Shown in pieces: positions 62,987 through 64,000 of a stretch of DNA of 64,000 nucleotides. The translations under genes and the position numbers were made by a program. Positions within the stretch are counted from its first letter, which is position 1, and the number at the start of each line of letters is the position of its first letter. The DNA comes from an uncultured delta proteobacterium (lineage in GTDB: Bacteria > Desulfobacterota > RBG-13-43-22). A model generated the notes under the pieces. That model was not told the DNA's origin. It saw only the letters and a list, made by a program, of their open reading frames with translations, and did not search any database. Where the stretch lies: NCBI GenBank assembly GCA_963802945.1, contig CAWDKY010000034.1:1-64000 (forward strand), read 5' to 3'.

Positions 62987-63763
62987 ATGACTAAGAAAGT
63001 TAAATCAGAGAGAATTAATAATTCCGTCGCCAAGGCTTCCGACATCTTACTGTCTTTTACCAATGTTGACGAACTGGGCGTTACCGAATTAAGCCAGAAT
63101 CTTCATTTGACCAAAAGTACGGTTTACATTTTGCTTCGTACTCTCAAGACTAAAGGCCTGATAGAACAAAATCCTGACAATGGCAAATATTGTCTCGGGG
63201 TGAAGGCTTTTCAATTAGGACTACGCTGGATTCGAATCAGAGAAATTCGGATTGCCGCAAAAAACATTATGCAGCAACTTTGCGACGACCTGCGGACAGC
63301 CATCCATCTTTCAATCCTAAGCGGTGACCAAGCATTAATTATTGAAAAGATAGAGCCGTACGCTTCATTCCTGAGTGTGCCCAATGTGGGTTGGACAATA
63401 CCTCTCCATTCTTCCGCTTCCGGTAAACTCCTTCTGGCATATGCCCCAAAGGAAGTAAGCGACCGCATCTTTCGCGGGAAAAAGTTGATTAAATATAGTG
63501 ATAAAACGTTGACAGATCCTGCTACACTCAGAAAGGTACTCGATAGAATACGCAAACAAGGTTATGCCTTTGACGAAGAAGAAACCTGCGTCGGACTGAA
63601 TTGCGTTGCCGTTCCTATTTATGATTACGCAGGCAATGTTTTCGCCTCATTGAGTATCTGCGGCCCGAAAGAAAATATCTCCCCGATATTGAATAAGAGA
63701 CTAATTTCTCGAATAAAGGCACAGGCGAATGAGATTTCGGGAAAACTGGGTTATCGACCTTAG
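62987..63763 (+). CDS. IclR-family transcriptional regulator
   Basis: N-terminal wHTH (SVAKA..LTKSTVYILL), PLHSSASGK, GYAFDEEE..VAVPI. Confidence 0.95.
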   Translation: MTKKVKSERINNSVAKASDILLSFTNVDELGVTELSQNLHLTKSTVYILLRTLKTKGLIEQNPDNGKYCLGVKAFQLGLRWIRIREIRIAAKNIMQQLCDDLRTAIHLSILSGDQALIIEKIEPYASFLSVPNVGWTIPLHSSASGKLLLAYAPKEVSDRIFRGKKLIKYSDKTLTDPATLRKVLDRIRKQGYAFDEEETCVGLNCVAVPIYDYAGNVFASLSICGPKENISPILNKRLISRIKAQANEISGKLGYRP

Positions 63764-64000
63764 CATTATGAATTTCCTCTATAAATATGTCTGAAGTAAA
63801 AAGCCTGTAATGTCAGTTAGAAAAAATATTTTATATAGAACATTATTTCCGCTCTCTGCCTCGAACTTGATCGAAAGATCATTTTTTATCGAAACGCTTA
63901 CCATTTGATTTGTCGTTTTTCAAGGAGACTATCTCTATTTTCAAGACTCGGTTCACTGAATTAACGGGTGTGAAATATCGGATTGTACAAGGCAGAATGA

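Overview
The window joins two very different sequences. Bases 1 to ~2260 are strongly GC-rich and resemble Planctomycetota: an ABC ATPase, smpB, lipB and a candidate structured RNA. The rest looks like an anaerobic Desulfobacterota/deltaproteobacterial chromosome (taxonomy inferred from gene content and repeats, not searched). That part holds: (i) a ~24-kb co-directional catabolic cluster (dppD/F-type ATPases, two family-5 binding proteins with a coiled-coil insert, DUF362 protein, acyl-CoA dehydrogenase, OYE flavoenzyme, hydratase, CoA ligase, thiolase, two acetoacetate-decarboxylase-family proteins, MBL, SDR, MDR, ThDP enzyme); (ii) a pentameric ligand-gated ion channel beside a decayed IS91 transposase; (iii) a redox block (grx, FTR-like subunit, copZ, rubredoxin, FixL-like PAS kinase, fprA); (iv) lipB-lipA fusion plus gcvH; (v) dsbD between two Ig-like lipoproteins; (vi) housekeeping waaA-carA-carB-purF-kdsD-pfkA; (vii) an IclR-controlled island (ThDP enzyme, ICL/PrpB-type lyase, duplicated methylesterases, AtuA-like/DUF4387, LeuB-like, LeuC-like) cut off by IS ends. 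Several MITEs and paired heptamer repeats sit at gene boundaries. Frameshifts cluster at 1-9 kb and 47-60 kb and are probably sequencing or assembly errors. No CRISPR array, rRNA or tRNA was seen.
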